A DNA stretch of 58,898 nucleotides, filler included, from Squatina squatina (taxonomy: Eukaryota), in the NCBI GenBank assembly GCA_031763465.1. It is 3 parts of 3 records of this genome, joined end to end, with 100 filler letters (N's around TTAATTAATTAA, not from the genome) between each part and the next. Parts side by side here need not be neighbours in the genome. Positions count along the whole stretch, not along the records: positions 12,578 to 30,028 come from JARFOE010000058.1; positions 30,129 to 58,898 come from JARFOE010000192.1; 1 more part is not named here. One strand, given 5' to 3'. The notes under the pieces are model-generated. The model did not search any database. It was not told the origin of the DNA and was given only the letters and a program-made list of their open reading frames with translations. This document shows positions 26,901 to 40,630 of the stretch, piece by piece. A program made the translations under genes and the position numbers. Each line of letters opens with the position of its first letter. Position 1 is the stretch's first letter.

Positions 26901-29509
26901 TCCAACAAATACATTGAAAAGGCAATAAGGAACATATGTGATGGCCTAGTTTCACTGTAATTTGCTTCATTAGAACTATTAAACCCTGGAAATCATTTGG
27001 AGATTGTATATGTATTTTTTTTAAATTGAGGAACCAAGGCCAATAGCGTAGGGCATCACCAAGGTTGAAAGAGATGAGGTAGTTAGTAGGTGAGNNNNNN
27101 NNNNNNNNNNNNNNNNNNNNNNNNNNNNNNNNNNNNNNNNNNNNNNNNNNNNNNNNNNNNNNNNNNNNNNNNNNNNNNNNNNNNNNNNNNNNNNATAGTA
27201 TATTAAGGGAATACAAAAAAGGTCAACAATCTGAGTATGATGGATAATCACAACAGTTTCCACAATGACCCATCTCCAGTTGAAGCAGCAACATTTCACA
27301 ACACAAAAAAGACAAGGAAATGCAATGACAGGACGAACGTGCAAGGGTTTAAGAAAACTAATTTTAAAAGACTAGAAACCAGAAATTAATCCAATGCCAT
27401 TTAAAGCCTACGGTTGGAGCCAAGGAACATTTCCCACACACTTCCTTGCACAACATGCAGCTTACTTGTTCCTAGTACATTTTCCCCCCTCAATTCAGTT
27501 TTGCTACATCAGCAGGAATGTTTTAAAACACTGGTTATTGAAGGTGTTACTGAATATGTAATAGTGAACAGTCACTGATAAGCAGTCAGCTAACGATTTG
27601 TCATTTGCCAAAAGGTTGACGCTGTGCGGCAAGACTTAAATAAAGCTTAGATACATTTTGCAGCTAGGTACAACACTTAGCAACTCTACACCAAATTGAA
27701 CATTTGTAACACACCTGATATTTTAACTCCTTTAAAAAGAGGAAAACCCAGATTATTTACTATTCTAGAACTTCTCGTTTTTGGCTGAAAGTGGCCAAGA
27801 TAAAGAAAGTCAAGGGTGTGATGTCACCATAACTAGCAAACACATTGTCTTATGTACATAGAAATTACTTGTTAAAGCTTATAGACAAGCACTTACTGTA
27901 CACCTCCTTGGGTTTAAGGATCTTACAGTTCTACTTTTTCCCCCATTTATAGGGCTCTTTAAAAAAAAAGCAAGTCCTGTATAAAGCCATTCAGTGCATC
28001 ACAGAACAGAGACAATGTGTTGGAACGTTGGTAAGAGAGAGGAAGGGATAACTGGAGCACATGTACTCAAGATCAGTGGATTGGTTTAAGTATATCAAAT
28101 CATCAAGGTAAAAGCTTTAGGAAGAGCTTAGAGTCTTTAGGCAAATTGTTCTCCAGTAGTATTTAAGATAGCAAACATTTGCAGGGCACATAAGCTTTAG
28201 CAGTTTACAATATGAACAATTACAACTTTAAACACCATTTGCATTTGAACCAAGCCATACAAAAAATTAGAAATTCTATTTAACATCCAGAGATCTGCAA
28301 GCTGAACTTGAATGAACTTCTATTTTCCTCCAAGTGAAATCATGGTGGGCTTGGGGTGGAAAAATGTAACAGAAAGAAAACAGTGAGGAAACAGAGAGCC
28401 TGAACACTGATTCAGTAGGCTCAGGTTTTCAGACCAAGACAAATCAAACCAATAGCACAAGTCCTGCTGCTCATTTCTGAACATACAGGCCCCAGGCTGC
28501 CTCTGCAGGAACTTAGTGGGATAGAAGTGTGTTAAAAAGCCACTGATATGGTCATGAAACCAGCAGTTTACTTTTGAACAGTTGAGATTAGAGGCAAGTG
28601 ATAAGAATGAAATATATAATTTAGTGTAANNNNNNNNNNNNNNNNNNNNNNNNNNNNNNNNNNNNNNNNNNNNNNNNNNNNNNNNNNNNNNNNNNNNNNN
28701 NNNNNNNNNNNNNNNNNNNNNNNNNNNNNNNNNNNNNNNNNNNNNNNNNNNNNNNNNNNNNNNNNNNNNNNNNNNNNNNNNNNNNNNNNNNNNNNNNNNN
28801 NNNNNNNNNNNNNNNNNNNNNNNNNNNNNNNNNNNNNNNNNNNNNNNNNNNNNNNNNNNNNNNNNNNNNNNNNNNNNNNNNNNNNNNNNNNNNNNNNNNN
28901 NNNNNNNNNNNNNNNNNNNNNNNNNNNNNNNNNNNNNNNNNNNNNNNNNNNNNNNNNNNNNNNNNNNNNNNNNNNNNNNNNNNNNNNNNNNNNNNNNNNN
29001 NNNNNNNNNNNNNNNNNNNNNNNNNNNNNNNNNNNNNNNNNNNNNNNNNNNNNNNNNNNNNNNNNNNNNNNNNNNNNNNNNNNNNNNNNNNNNNNNNNNN
29101 NNNNNNNNNNNNNNNNNNNNNNNNNNNNNNNNNNNNNNNNNNNNNNNNNNNNNNNNNNNNNNNNNNNNNNNNNNNNNNNNNNNNNNNNNNNNNNNNNNNN
29201 NNNNNNNNNNNNNNNNNNNNNNNNNNNNNNNNNNNNNNNNNNNNNNNNNNNNNNNNNNNNNNNNNNNNNNNNNNNNNNNNNNNNNNNNNNNNNNNNNNNN
29301 NNNNNNNNNNNNNNNNNNNNNNNACTTCAAGAGGTATTTTCCTGCTATTGAAAAATAGGGATGAATGACAGGTCACCTTGAGGCTGCCATACATTCCTGT
29401 ACTGCCATAGGAATGAAGCTTCATGTAACTAGAAACTGCAATTAAAATGAAGATTAAAATTGAGAATCTTCCTAATGGGAAGGATGTGTAGGAGTTACAT
29501 AAAATTTAC

Positions 29510-29634
29510 TTGTTAATAAATTGTTCTAATCCGACTCTTCTTTCTTCAATAAAAGACTCTTCAAAAATTCCTTCATCCATTCTAAATGGAAGCTGTCGTT
29601 TCAAAGCTTTTCCTGGTAATGGTGGCACAACAAT
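29510..29634 (-). CDS. SNX12: Sorting nexin 12 PX-domain exon
   Basis: ctgcag| ... |gtaaat. Translates IVVPPLPGKALKRQLPFRMDEGIFEESFIEERRVGLEQFIN(K); ALKRQ and IFEESFIEERR are SNX12-type (SNX3 has AFLRQ and IFDDNFIEERK). Not in the ORF track. Confidence 0.95.
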
Positions 29635-30028
29635 CTGCAGTGAATTATACAAAAAAAGATTAGATTAAAAACTAATGCATTGAACATTCCCATATCTAGT
29701 TCCCAGAGCATTATAAAAATCAATCTATTCAGGAAAACCAAGTTTCAAAATGGATGCTTCTCCATTTAAGAGCAAACTAAATTGAAGAAATTAATAAAGT
29801 GTACTACACAGTAGCATTGGAATGCTGCAAGATATGTTTTTCTTTTGCTCAGATTGTGGGGGTGGAGGGAATATTGTGTTCATAAAGGTTAAGGATGTTA
29901 TTGTTTGGAACGATATTCATTTTTTTTTGCTATCTAGAGACTGAGGCAGTGAAGATCATTGGTGGAGAGGCAAGGACGTGTTTGCACTTCCACTCTGTGA
30001 TTAGAGATAACATAGAACATAGAACATA

Positions 30029-30128
30029 NNNNNNNNNNNNNNNNNNNNNNNNNNNNNNNNNNNNNNNNNNNNTTAATTAATTAANNNNNNNNNNNNNNNN
30101 NNNNNNNNNNNNNNNNNNNNNNNNNNNN
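30029..30128. other. Artificial scaffold linker N44-TTAATTAATTAA-N44
   Basis: Identical in design to 12478-12577; 12-mer at 30073-30084. Confidence 0.95.
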
Positions 30129-30919
30129 AGTACATAAAGAATAATTGCTGACTGGAATTGGATGATACCTTAAGGGCTTCACTAGTTATGAATGTTCCTT
30201 GAATTCCCAGTTTTTACAAACCATCAAGTTTTCCATTTGAATCAGTTTCACATTGTCTGACAGGAATATTTGTACGTTGGAGCCCAATTATAACAGCACA
30301 AGATGACAGGTACATAACATGGTACTGAAAGATAATACACTCTTTACTAGATATTGCTGCTGAATATATATAAAAACTAGTAAACTTGCATAAATTACAA
30401 AAAAATTCAATATACATAATTTGTTTTCCCTACATGTTTAAGTAGGGCTGTTTAGCTGATTCAATGGTAGACGAAGCATTGAACATTTACAGTAGCACAT
30501 AAAATATACCTAAATGGGTCAAACCTATTAGCTTTCATGTAATGCTTCAGATTTGTGTGACATGACATTTCAAACAGTATAAATAGTAATGTGACTGGTC
30601 AATGAAATGAGGTAGCTCTCAACTGCTGGCTGCCCGTTTCTTACCTGAAAAAACGCTGCAACCAGCAATTGCAAATCTGGTGGGTTGGAAGAGAGTACTC
30701 TGAGTCCTAATCATTATCAGATCCTTGTTCCTCAGCCTATTCTATGCCCAGGCTCACCTCCTCCTGTGATTCTATTCCAATCCTTTCTGAACTGCAAAGT
30801 CGTGAAGGGCACAGCAAGCATCCACTATGTGAGACCTGCTGGGGAGCATATAGGAATGCCCCTCCAGATCAATCAAGGATGCCAAAGCTTCCATTCAGAA
30901 TCATGGTTTCTGAAATATT

Positions 30920-31240
30920 AATTCTCAGGGTGCTGGCATCACTGGCACTGGTTATTTATTGCCCATCTCTAGTTCCCCTGGGAACGTAGTGATTGGGCCT
31001 TCTTCTTGAACTGCTGCAGTTATTCTTTCTAGCAGTTTTTGACACAAGTGAGTGACTTGCTAGGCCACTTCAGTGGGCAGTTAGGAGTTAACAATGTCGG
31101 TGTGGAAGTCGAGTCACAAATAGGCCAGACTGAGTAAGGACAGCAGGTTGCTTTCCCTAAAGGACCTTAGTGAACCAGTTGGGGTTTTGTAGATTTGGTA
31201 GATTCATGGTCACTTTTACTGATACTCACTTTTAAATGTT
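30920..31240 (-). mobile_element. Shark SINE with LINE-derived tail
   Basis: atttattgcccatc..cttcttgaactgctgcagt and gagtcaca.ataggccagac..gtaagga..cagca..ttccctaaaggac.ttagtgaaccag motifs, recognised as a common elasmobranch repeat. Confidence 0.55.
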
Positions 31241-31559
31241 TCAGACGTAGTCCCTTGTTCCCTTTGAACAACAATACTAGTTAATGGTTTGGTGCGATTT
31301 TCTGTTGGTGAGTTTCACAGTCAAAGCAGGATCATAAGCCACTGAAGCAAGGGGTACGCCTTGTCTCCCAGAAGCCTTTGTGACACTTCACTCCCTTACC
31401 TGAATAGAGCTGAGAGACTGGAATTCCTCATGAGGACATCGCGATGACTCCCTGCAAATTTGGCATTGACATGCAGGATTTGCTGTAGCTGCTCACAAAC
31501 AATTAGAACATCGAGGATGTGGAATCCCTTTCTACTCAAGAGAGACTAGTTAAAGTTTC

Positions 31560-31900
31560 TTTCAGTAGAGAATATTAAAAGGTTATGATAAAGTAAATAG
31601 CGACAGATTCTTTCATTGATTTGGACAGATACGAGAGTGCACAAATTTAAGACTATCAGAAAAAGAATGAAATGGGANNNNNNNNNNAGTTTAGGGGATA
31701 TTGTGTTTCTAATGTGCAATTTTCTGCCACAACTGTTGTTGAAGCAGAGTCCTTAAATTCTTTGAAAAGGGAATTAGATAGTAACTTAATAAAGAGGAAT
31801 ACTAAAAGATATGAATTTGGTTGGTGTGGGAGAAAAATACCAGCACAGATTTGATGGACTGAATGGTCTGTTTCTGCACTGTATCACTGTGTGAATCTGT
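31560..31900 (+). mobile_element. Decayed CR1 3' fragment
   Basis: gttgttgaagcagagtcc...aaaagggaattagatag...gatggactgaatggtctgtttctgcactgta. Confidence 0.6.
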
Positions 31901-34175
31901 GGAACTGAGGTTTCCTTTAAGTATTTACAGGCAAACTATGCAGCTATTTTACTAAAACGTGCTTTAGAGGCCATCAATGATTTAGATTTAAAAAATAACA
32001 CCAACCAGTTTGTTCCCTTAGGGTGTANNNNNNNNNNCACTAAATATTATCAAAATCTGTCCAGATGTAAAGAAATTATTTACAGTAGCTATTATAAAAC
32101 ATATATAAGGTAACACTCACCTGGCATGGGTTTCAGTATGCTATACCATAAGCTCACTGCAGTCCCATATCACTGCCAGCATCAAGAAAATAAAACATCA
32201 ACATGTCTAACCATAATAAGTAACACAAAGCCGTGCTTTCCAATGATGTAATCTTGAAACTGCTACATGCTCAGTCACATAAATTACACAAGGAAACGAA
32301 TGTGGCTGTTTGGAAAGCTTCAAATGCTGTTTTAGGAACTTTTTAACCATTCAGAGTGGGGAAAGGTGAAACTACAGTAAATACAGTTGGATTTTTACAA
32401 TTGTTTTGCAGTTTTGATGAGGAACATTCATGGGATATTAAAAGGAAAAGCTCATAATATCGAAACACAAGAAACTGCAATAGCCCCATGTTATAACACA
32501 GCAAAATTATTGTTTAGTTCAGTTCTTTCATGAGAGTTGCAAATTACAATTCTCAGAACAATGCCAAAATACTCCCCTCCATATCCGCCCTCCCTCCCAA
32601 TCCCCACTCTGCTCTGGACCAGAAATTAAAACCATCAACTCCACTCTTTCTTTTTCCTACACAATGAGGTAAGACCTGACAACCTTGAAGTTTCTAGTGG
32701 CACTGTTTCATATGGAAGCTACCCCGGATTAGCTGTAATTAATTCAAATGTTAAGTAACCAATTTATGAATAATTGGGCCTACTTCATTCAGCAGATGTC
32801 CTTGCACTGGTCTCAATACAGTGAACAGGTCACAATTCAGACTTGGAGTGAATATGATATTGCTCAACACATTTCAATGCAGCAAAAACACATTGAACCA
32901 GGCACCAGGCTAAACTACTACTATTTGTATTAGCAATACAGCGTAACATCAGGATAAGAAAAGAGCAGAGGATTGGAAGTTATTCTCGCTGATCAGCAGA
33001 CAAAGGCTTAACACATTGCTATAATGTTCCTCTGTCCACCATTTTAACACATTCCTATCATTTATCTTTTTCCGCCATTTTAACAGAAGTTGTTGTTAAA
33101 ATAAATGAGTTAACCCATTTTTAAACAGTCAACGTGCTACTGTCATATGAATATGTTAAGCATTTGTCCACTAATATTGGCAACAGAATTACCAAACTGA
33201 TTTCAAATAGGAACAGAGGAAGAACATAGGAAAATTCAGGACTCGAACAGACTTTGCTGTTCATCTAGTCGGTATCTAAAACTAATACCTCTCAAATATA
33301 TGGCAATATAAGGAATTACAGGACCGGGACAAATTTTGCAGTTCATCTGGAAGCTTTTTACGGCCCAGAATTTCCTGGAAAACTTCGGCGTAGTTGCACT
33401 ATTTTTTTCTGAGGAAATTGACATGTTTACACTAGTGCCAAGATACATCTGTGAAACCCTCAGTCTCTCATTTACACAGCCCTGCCCCCCTGCAATAGAA
33501 TAATGCACATGGGTTTCCTGGCTTTTTGCAACAATGCACTGGCATAGATTTACGCATAAAAATTTAGGCCAGCACGGCCCGAAGTTGCCTGATATCAGCA
33601 CGACGGATATTCCTGGAGTTTGATCGCGATTTTCATTGTGATTTAAAAAAAAAAGAAACTTCTTATTAGGACTTGCACGATACTTAAGCAAAATGCTGTC
33701 AGTCTCAGTGCATCCAAAATCATTTGGATCCCTGCCTCAGCACCATCCATTCCTAAGGACTAAGCAGTTGTCCAATGGGTACACCTGTGTTCTGCATAAT
33801 AATGGTAGAGGAAGAGAAGCAGCAGCGGCAAGAGGCTCAGAGAGTGAGGTGCCATGGCAGAAGACTACACCCCACTTGCTGTTGCCCTGATTGTAGGGGG
33901 CTGCACTTGNNNNNNNNNNNNNNNNNNNNNNNNNNNNNNNNNNNNNNNNNNNNNNNNNNNNNNNNNNNNNNNNNNNNNNNNNNNNNNNNNNNNNNNNNNN
34001 NNNNNNNNNATCCTTCCTGAGGTGCGGTGTCCAAAATTGAACACAATTTCTTTTGATAGTTTTTTTTCGTTATTATTCTTCGAGTCCTCAAAGATCTTTT
34101 TCTTTAATTTTAATTAGTTTCTAATCCAACCAATATTGAAGAAAATAAACCTTCACATTAAACAATAGTTACAAC

Positions 34176-34310
34176 ACATAGGAACAGGAGTAGGTCATTT
34201 AGCCTCCGAGCCTGGTCTGCCATTCAATGAGATCATGACTGATCTGTAACCAATCGCCATATACCTGCCTTTGCCCCATATCCCTTTAAAAATCTACCAA
34301 TCTCAGACAT
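34176..34310 (-). mobile_element. CR1/HE1-type 3' end
   Basis: cataggaacaggagtaggtcatttagcctccgagcctg...ccattcaatgagatcatgactgatctg; same tail as 48863-48985, 55650-55760 and 58848-58898. Confidence 0.75.
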
Positions 34311-35249
34311 GCCACAGAAAGGTGGTTTTGAGGTTATTGAAAAGTTCATAGAAGCTATTATATCTGCTTATTTGTTTCATGTAACTTTTTCAGGGATCAA
34401 CATTAAATAAACATATCTGTAGCTGGGACTCTCAAACCAACCTTTCACTTTATATTTTTGCACAATAGAGAATGGAAGAAGGCAATGTCGGATAGGTTCC
34501 AGTCTCACCTTCCAAATGATCTAATTGGTTAGTACTGACAACCTCTAAATGCCAATAGAAAATGTTTATTTTGTGAAATGCTGACAAACTAACACATAGA
34601 TTGAAGAGCTGACTGCCAGCTTAAAAAGCTGATAATTGGCATGTATGACAATAGAATCTCTGTTTTCTCCAGAGGACTGCCTAGTTACACAAATTGCACT
34701 AATGATTAAAAAATAAAGGTTAAACTAAACTAAAGAAAAATCAGATTTTCATTCATTTTATTTGAGCTGGATTTAAATACACTGTTTGGGAAGTTAAACT
34801 GCTGTGAGGTGACCTCCCAGATAGAGAGCTGAAGCCTCAAGACTTTCGTGTTTTGGGATAATCTGTTGAGTCACACTGCCACTGTATTGATGTGCATCTA
34901 AAACCACCTCGCACCAATACAAAAGTGGCAACAAAATTGCAGCCTCAGTGAAAAATTTGGGTTGTTTTTTAATGCCCCATGGGCTACAAATGTTGTGAAA
35001 ATCTGGCAACACTACAATCCTATAAAGAGGCTCTCCTCTTGCGAGTTCTGATGAAGAAACATTAACCTGTCAGGGCCCATGACAGCGACAGCATGAGGAC
35101 TGAGCAATTTGTACTCCCGGGTCTCATTTTATAGAATCAATCATAGAATCATAGAACACCGAAGGAAGCCATTTGGCACATTAAACCTGTTCCCTGCTCT
35201 TTCCCAGTAGCACATAGTAGGAGTTCTGACATTGTCTCCCACCCAAAGC

Positions 35250-35645
35250 CAGTTGTGTGATTATGCGGGAAATGGTGCGTCTGCAGGCCGCCGCTAATGT
35301 AAAAAAGAAATGATCTCCAACAAAGTCGGGAATGACGGGGAGTGGGGAAGGCCACAAAGAACCCTTAAAAAACGAAATTTCACTGCCGGCTCTGGGACTG
35401 TGCGTGATTCATGTATTTCACTGTTAACTATGTGTAAGGGTTTAAATTGCATTATTGGACCTCGACATTTAAATATTTAGGAGACCCTGGCCTGCCCATA
35501 GCTGCCGGCTTCAATGCTCCTGAAACCCAGGAGTTAAAATGGCGGAGTGGGGGTGCAGTAATGCTATGGGAACATAGTAGACAGTGCCTGGCCTCCGATT
35601 TAACCTCGTTCTGCACCGTTCCCGCCAGGGTTAAAACAGAGGCTT
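35250..35645. mobile_element. GC-rich MITE-like remnant
   Basis: CpG-rich block ending cccgccagggttaaaacagaggc, distinct from AT-rich flanks. Confidence 0.4.
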
Positions 35646-38449
35646 AGATGTCTCGGTCAGATTTGTTATCCTTTTTATATTTTCATTCATGATTGTCTGC
35701 TCATGAATGATGCTAAGTCAGCAGCTTTTCGTGACATTTAATTAGTGATGCAATATCCTCACATGATTTAATATTTTGAGGTGCAACGACGTGACTGAAC
35801 TAAATCTGTAAAACTGACTGCCTTGCCCTTTCTTTGCACTTTTCTCTTCATTTCATTAAGTGCAATGAATCTGCAATACTTTGCACAGTTCATTATAAAG
35901 GCCAGCGTCTTGGTGTACAATGTAAAATTTACTGCCAGATTCATTGAATCCATTTGTGATATCCAGGCTACAATCCATTGTGAGTGATTTCATGGTCCAG
36001 CTATTGTACATTTGCTTCATGTAACAGAATAGCTACGGCTTATCTAAAAACAATGTACAATGAAAAAGGACTGTGAAGGTTTTGTTTTACAACATGTGCC
36101 TACAATCACGTAGAGGGCGCGTGAATGACTCTTTATTCATCCTTTTTTTTGTTAGGTAATGGGACAGTACATTTCCAGCTATTGATAAACAGAATTGTGA
36201 AAATCTAGGAGTCTTGCCACTCACAAAAGGACTCAATGCATTAGTTGAAGTAACTGTTCCAACAAAACAGTGTTTCTTTCATGAGGTCTGAGTAGAAGGC
36301 TATGTTAAAAATGTGTCTGTCACTTGTCAGATGCTCTACAGATGCCTTTACTTAAACACTTGTTTCAAATTATTGAAATGTTTGGTTAATTGGAGCATGT
36401 CATAAGAGTAACTTATGTTTGAGAATGCAAGAAGTGATGCACTAAATCGTTAAGTCTAAGGTTTGCGTGTTTGTTTAGTTTGACAGGGTGGTAGCAACCA
36501 AGGCAGAAAATTATGAATTTCATACTGGTTTGACTAATGTTTCTCAGAATTAGAAAAAAAAAACACAACCTGATTATAATCTGTTGCTCTACCTGAACTA
36601 ACAGAGGTGATCTTTTGTACTACCAACTCCTATTCACTGTTGCTTCTTGTTTCATTAGAAGCACTTTTTCTCCTGCAAGGGAAAAATCCAATTAACTTTC
36701 TAATGAACTCTTCGCAGCAATTGAGTGACTTCCATGTGTAAGCATGCTGAACTATCTTTTGTGCACTGAAGTAAAACATGAGAGTGGTTCAAACTTATGC
36801 TAAACAATTGATTTTAAGGATTTGGAAACAAATTCAGCTTAGAGAAACAAAATAGAATCATTACATGAAGCTTAGTGTGATAACAATGTGGCCTAGGTCT
36901 TAATCATTTATTTTTAACCTCCGCCTCATAGGATGTTAGTTAACCGGCCAGTCTTGTCACTAAGGAGAGTGTGGGAGTGGCAGAAACTGGGCCTTTTCTG
37001 GTCGATAAAGAACTTTTAAGAACAATAAAACCTTGGCTCTAAGACCGCATAAATCCTTACGTGAAATNNNNNNNNNNNNNNNNNNNNNNNNNNNNNNNNN
37101 NNNNNNNNNNNNNNNNNNNNNNNNNNNNNNNNNNNNNNNNNNNNNNNNNNNNNNNNNNNNNNNNNNNTTGGGGAGCTTGAAATAATAGGCAACAGGCAAA
37201 CCAAATACAAAATGACCTGACGAATGTGGATGAAACAGTTTGCTGATATGATGTAAATGACATATAATGTGGACAACTGTAAGGCAATGAGACTAGGCTG
37301 GGAAAATAAACAATGGGAATATAAATGGCTCTAGGCTAAGGACATAACACAGGAGAGCGATCTTGGGTTGTTGATGGATTGCTCACTGAAATCAACAGTG
37401 CAGTGAGGAAAAGTAACCAGATCTTGGGATGTATAGTGAGAAGGGTTGAGCACAAATGCTGAGCTCTCCAGTTACACCTAGCAGAAGCATTAAAATAGGT
37501 GAAAGAAAGGCATGTTTAGTCACCCTGGGGAAACTTGTGTTAGGAAAGAATAGGTGGACTTTTGTTCATTCTGGGTTTTATGGTAATAAAATAGAATCAG
37601 CACTGATATTACGCTTTGTTATTTATAGAGTTTAGAATCCAAACCTTTCCAGAAGTTGTGCAGGAGACAGCAGGCTACAACTAAGTATGACAGTCATAGC
37701 TCCAGTTGGGTGAAACATTAATAACATGCTAATTCTCTTGCTGCTCCCCATGCATTCCATTCCATTTTATATTTGAAGGTCAATCAGTCAGTACAGCTTT
37801 ATAACGTTCAATCATCATAGAAGTGGGAGATTGAGGTATGCAAGAGCTGAGTTTGATTCAAAATCTAAGTCAGTTTTTATATAGTAGTTGAACAGATGGC
37901 AACAAAACTATCTAAAGCCTGTACTGATAACATGCCCAATTATCTTCTGGCCATAAGCCCTGTAGCAACTAGTCCTCAATTTAGCTTCTGTTCTTGGAAA
38001 CAGAATATTTAAGACTGTCAACCCTTCGAACTTTTGATAATGTACAGTAATACATGCTAAAAGCGCAGCAAAGGGTTATACAGTTTAGGTGGTACCACAG
38101 ATCTTGTTGCCACCTAGAACCTAGCTACAGATTGCATGCAACTATCAATTATCTGGAGAGAATTTTATCTCCGCAGATCTGCGCACTCATGCGATACATT
38201 TTATTTTTTAAGTACTGAATTTGTTTATTTTGCTTACAGTGTCACCTTGGGCCGTAATCTGCGGCTCCTACCGGCACGTATGTGGTGCGCATCGGTACGC
38301 GCAAGTNNNNNNNNNNNNNNNNNNNNNNNNNNNNNNNNNNNNNNNNNNNNNNNNNNNNNNNNNNNNNNNNNNNNNNNNNNNNNNNNNNNNNNNNNNNNNN
38401 NNNNNNGTAATTGAGCATTATTTATTTATTTGTTTTCGTATTAAGTTTC

Positions 38450-38710
38450 CCCCCACCCCCGTCTCTGCTAAAGGCATTGATATTCTTTATAACATGGTCG
38501 TACAGGTGCCAGCAGCTCCATGGTACCCCCAAGTTTACCCCAAGATAGCAAGTGTTAGCAGCAGCTGAGCTTGCTTCTGTTTTCATCCGAGATCCAGACT
38601 TTCCAGCAGGGGTCATTGAACAGTATTCAATAAAAAGAACCCTGCAAGGGGTGAGGAGTTGTCCTGGCTGAAATCAGCTAACTCAATTCTTCTCTGTATC
38701 CATTGCAGTC
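38450..38710 (-). mobile_element. SINE family copy (same family as 22280-22477)
   Basis: actttccagcaggggtcattga and ctggctgaaatcagctaactca motifs. Confidence 0.5.
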
Positions 38711-40305
38711 TATTTAACAGTATTCTGAAAAAAATTCATCTACTTCCAATTTCCATAATTTCAAAGGTTTCATCTTCAGTATATTAATGAAGCACAATTA
38801 CTTTGGGTCATTATCTTCAGGCTCCATTGACTGAAACTACACATGATTAATTGTTTTGGAATCTCTATTTATACTTCATAATTGCATCCATGAGAGTTTC
38901 CAGTGATTGATATATGCAGATATTTGTTCTGTCCTCAGTTAATGTCTTATCCTCATCATAGGCTGTTTGAAGTTTGCTTTGCAAGTTTCCTGTTGTATTG
39001 TGAGTCTAATCAAAGCACAGGAGGTTTTTGAAGCAGGCTGCTTTGATGATAAGTGTCTTGATGTTTTTGATGGTCCATATTTCACTTATGGGTACATAGC
39101 ACAAGTTAGCTTGTAAATAGCAATAAGCCACTTTACAAGCATTAATCAAGTTTGGACATTTTCACTCCGTCAATACTGGATTGAATCTTTACACTAACTG
39201 TGGTTATCTGAACAGGACAATAACATACAATGAAGCTGGCCATACCAATAGAAAAGACCTACAATGTGAAGTGAGAGCTTAATAGGTATTTCACTCGGCT
39301 GCATAAGATGAGATGGCCTGCTTTACTGGTAATATGCTGAATATTCCAAACAGGTAAAATATCCTTTTATCTTCACAAAGTTGAGGCATGGCAGTGCTGG
39401 AAACAGAACCCATATTTTCCACTTGGCCAAAAATGGCAAAGCATGATTTACCGAAGAAGTGGAGTGACCCNNNNNNNNNNNNNNNNNNNNNNNNNNNNNN
39501 NNNNNNNNNNNNNNNNNNNNNNNNNNNNNNNNNNNNNNNNNNNNNNNNNNNNNNNNNNNNNNNNNNNNNNCGAACTGGATTAAAGTACTTGCAATATTTT
39601 TCTGACCCTAAAGGCTTCTCAGCGACTCACGTACATCTCTGATCTCCCATACATTGCACAAGCCTGTCTAGAGCAGATACATGTTAGACAATTGCTCTGG
39701 TGTCTAATTTTTATTGCATACTATAGACAGTAGCCCCAGAGTATCTAATGTATATGGGTCGTTTGTTTCTCACTGCACCAATTATTTTGCTGGTATGTAT
39801 CCTTTTGAGGAAATATGCCGCCCCCCCACCATTTTATCCCCTGGCCACACTGTTCCCACCAGGCAGGGTTTAAAGTAACCCCTAACGTACTAGTTTGAAG
39901 TATAAAACAGGTTCACACTGTTTTTTCTCATCAAAATAAAAATGAGAGATGGTAATACCTTAATGGAGAACAAAAGTGTCTTAATGTTATCAGTGATGGA
40001 TTAAGCATTATGTACACAATAATCCTTTACAGCTACAGTGCTCAGCTAACAAACCTTCTATTTTACACTTAGTTAATAGGTATAAGATTAGGTCATCTAT
40101 AGAGTCTTTTGTTCATGGTTTGAGAAACAACCAAAGTCATGTGCTTCTTGTCACTGAGCTTTAAATCCCCGAGGTACACAAAGGCTGGATGTGCATAAGT
40201 TCAGCNNNNNNNNNNNNNNNNNNNNNNNNNNNNNNNNNNNNNNNNNNNNNNNNNNNNNNNNNNNNNNNNNNNNNNNNNNNNNNNNNNNNNNNNNNNNNNN
40301 NNNNN

Positions 40306-40630
40306 AAATAAAGATGGCGGCCGCAGGCGCATAGGCCCTCCCCTTTCAGAGGGCCATTCCAGCGACAGGTTTTGCTGTCCCTGCAACTGCCTGGCACTGC
40401 AGCCGCGTCCCGCGGGTGAATTCCACCTGCAGGATTCAAACAGGCCGCAAAGGGGACTGCGGCTGCGCAGTGTGGGTCGGCGTGCATCTTTATGACGTCA
40501 CGCACCGACTCGCTGTGGAATTCAGTTGGCCAGGCATAAAGGCCTTTGCACCCAGCTGAATTCCCCGGGAAGCGAGATGGCCACCTCCCAGTGCCATTTT
40601 GTCCTGTTCCGCTCCATTAGCAGCTCTCGG
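40306..40630. mobile_element. GC-rich MITE-like element, inverted relative to 22478-22937
   Basis: Reverse complement ggcagttgcagggacagcaaaacctgtcgctggaatggccctctgaaaggggagggcctatgcgcctgcggccgcc aligns by eye with 22745-22820. Confidence 0.65.

Noticed and set aside
28320-29424. Long ORFs of 336 and 267 aa
   Set aside because: Almost entirely N; artefacts, as are the other X-filled ORFs.
33775-33909. EEEKQQRQEAQRVRCHGRR peptide as a second Harbinger transposase N-terminus
   Set aside because: Plausible but too short, and cut by a gap before any catalytic motif.
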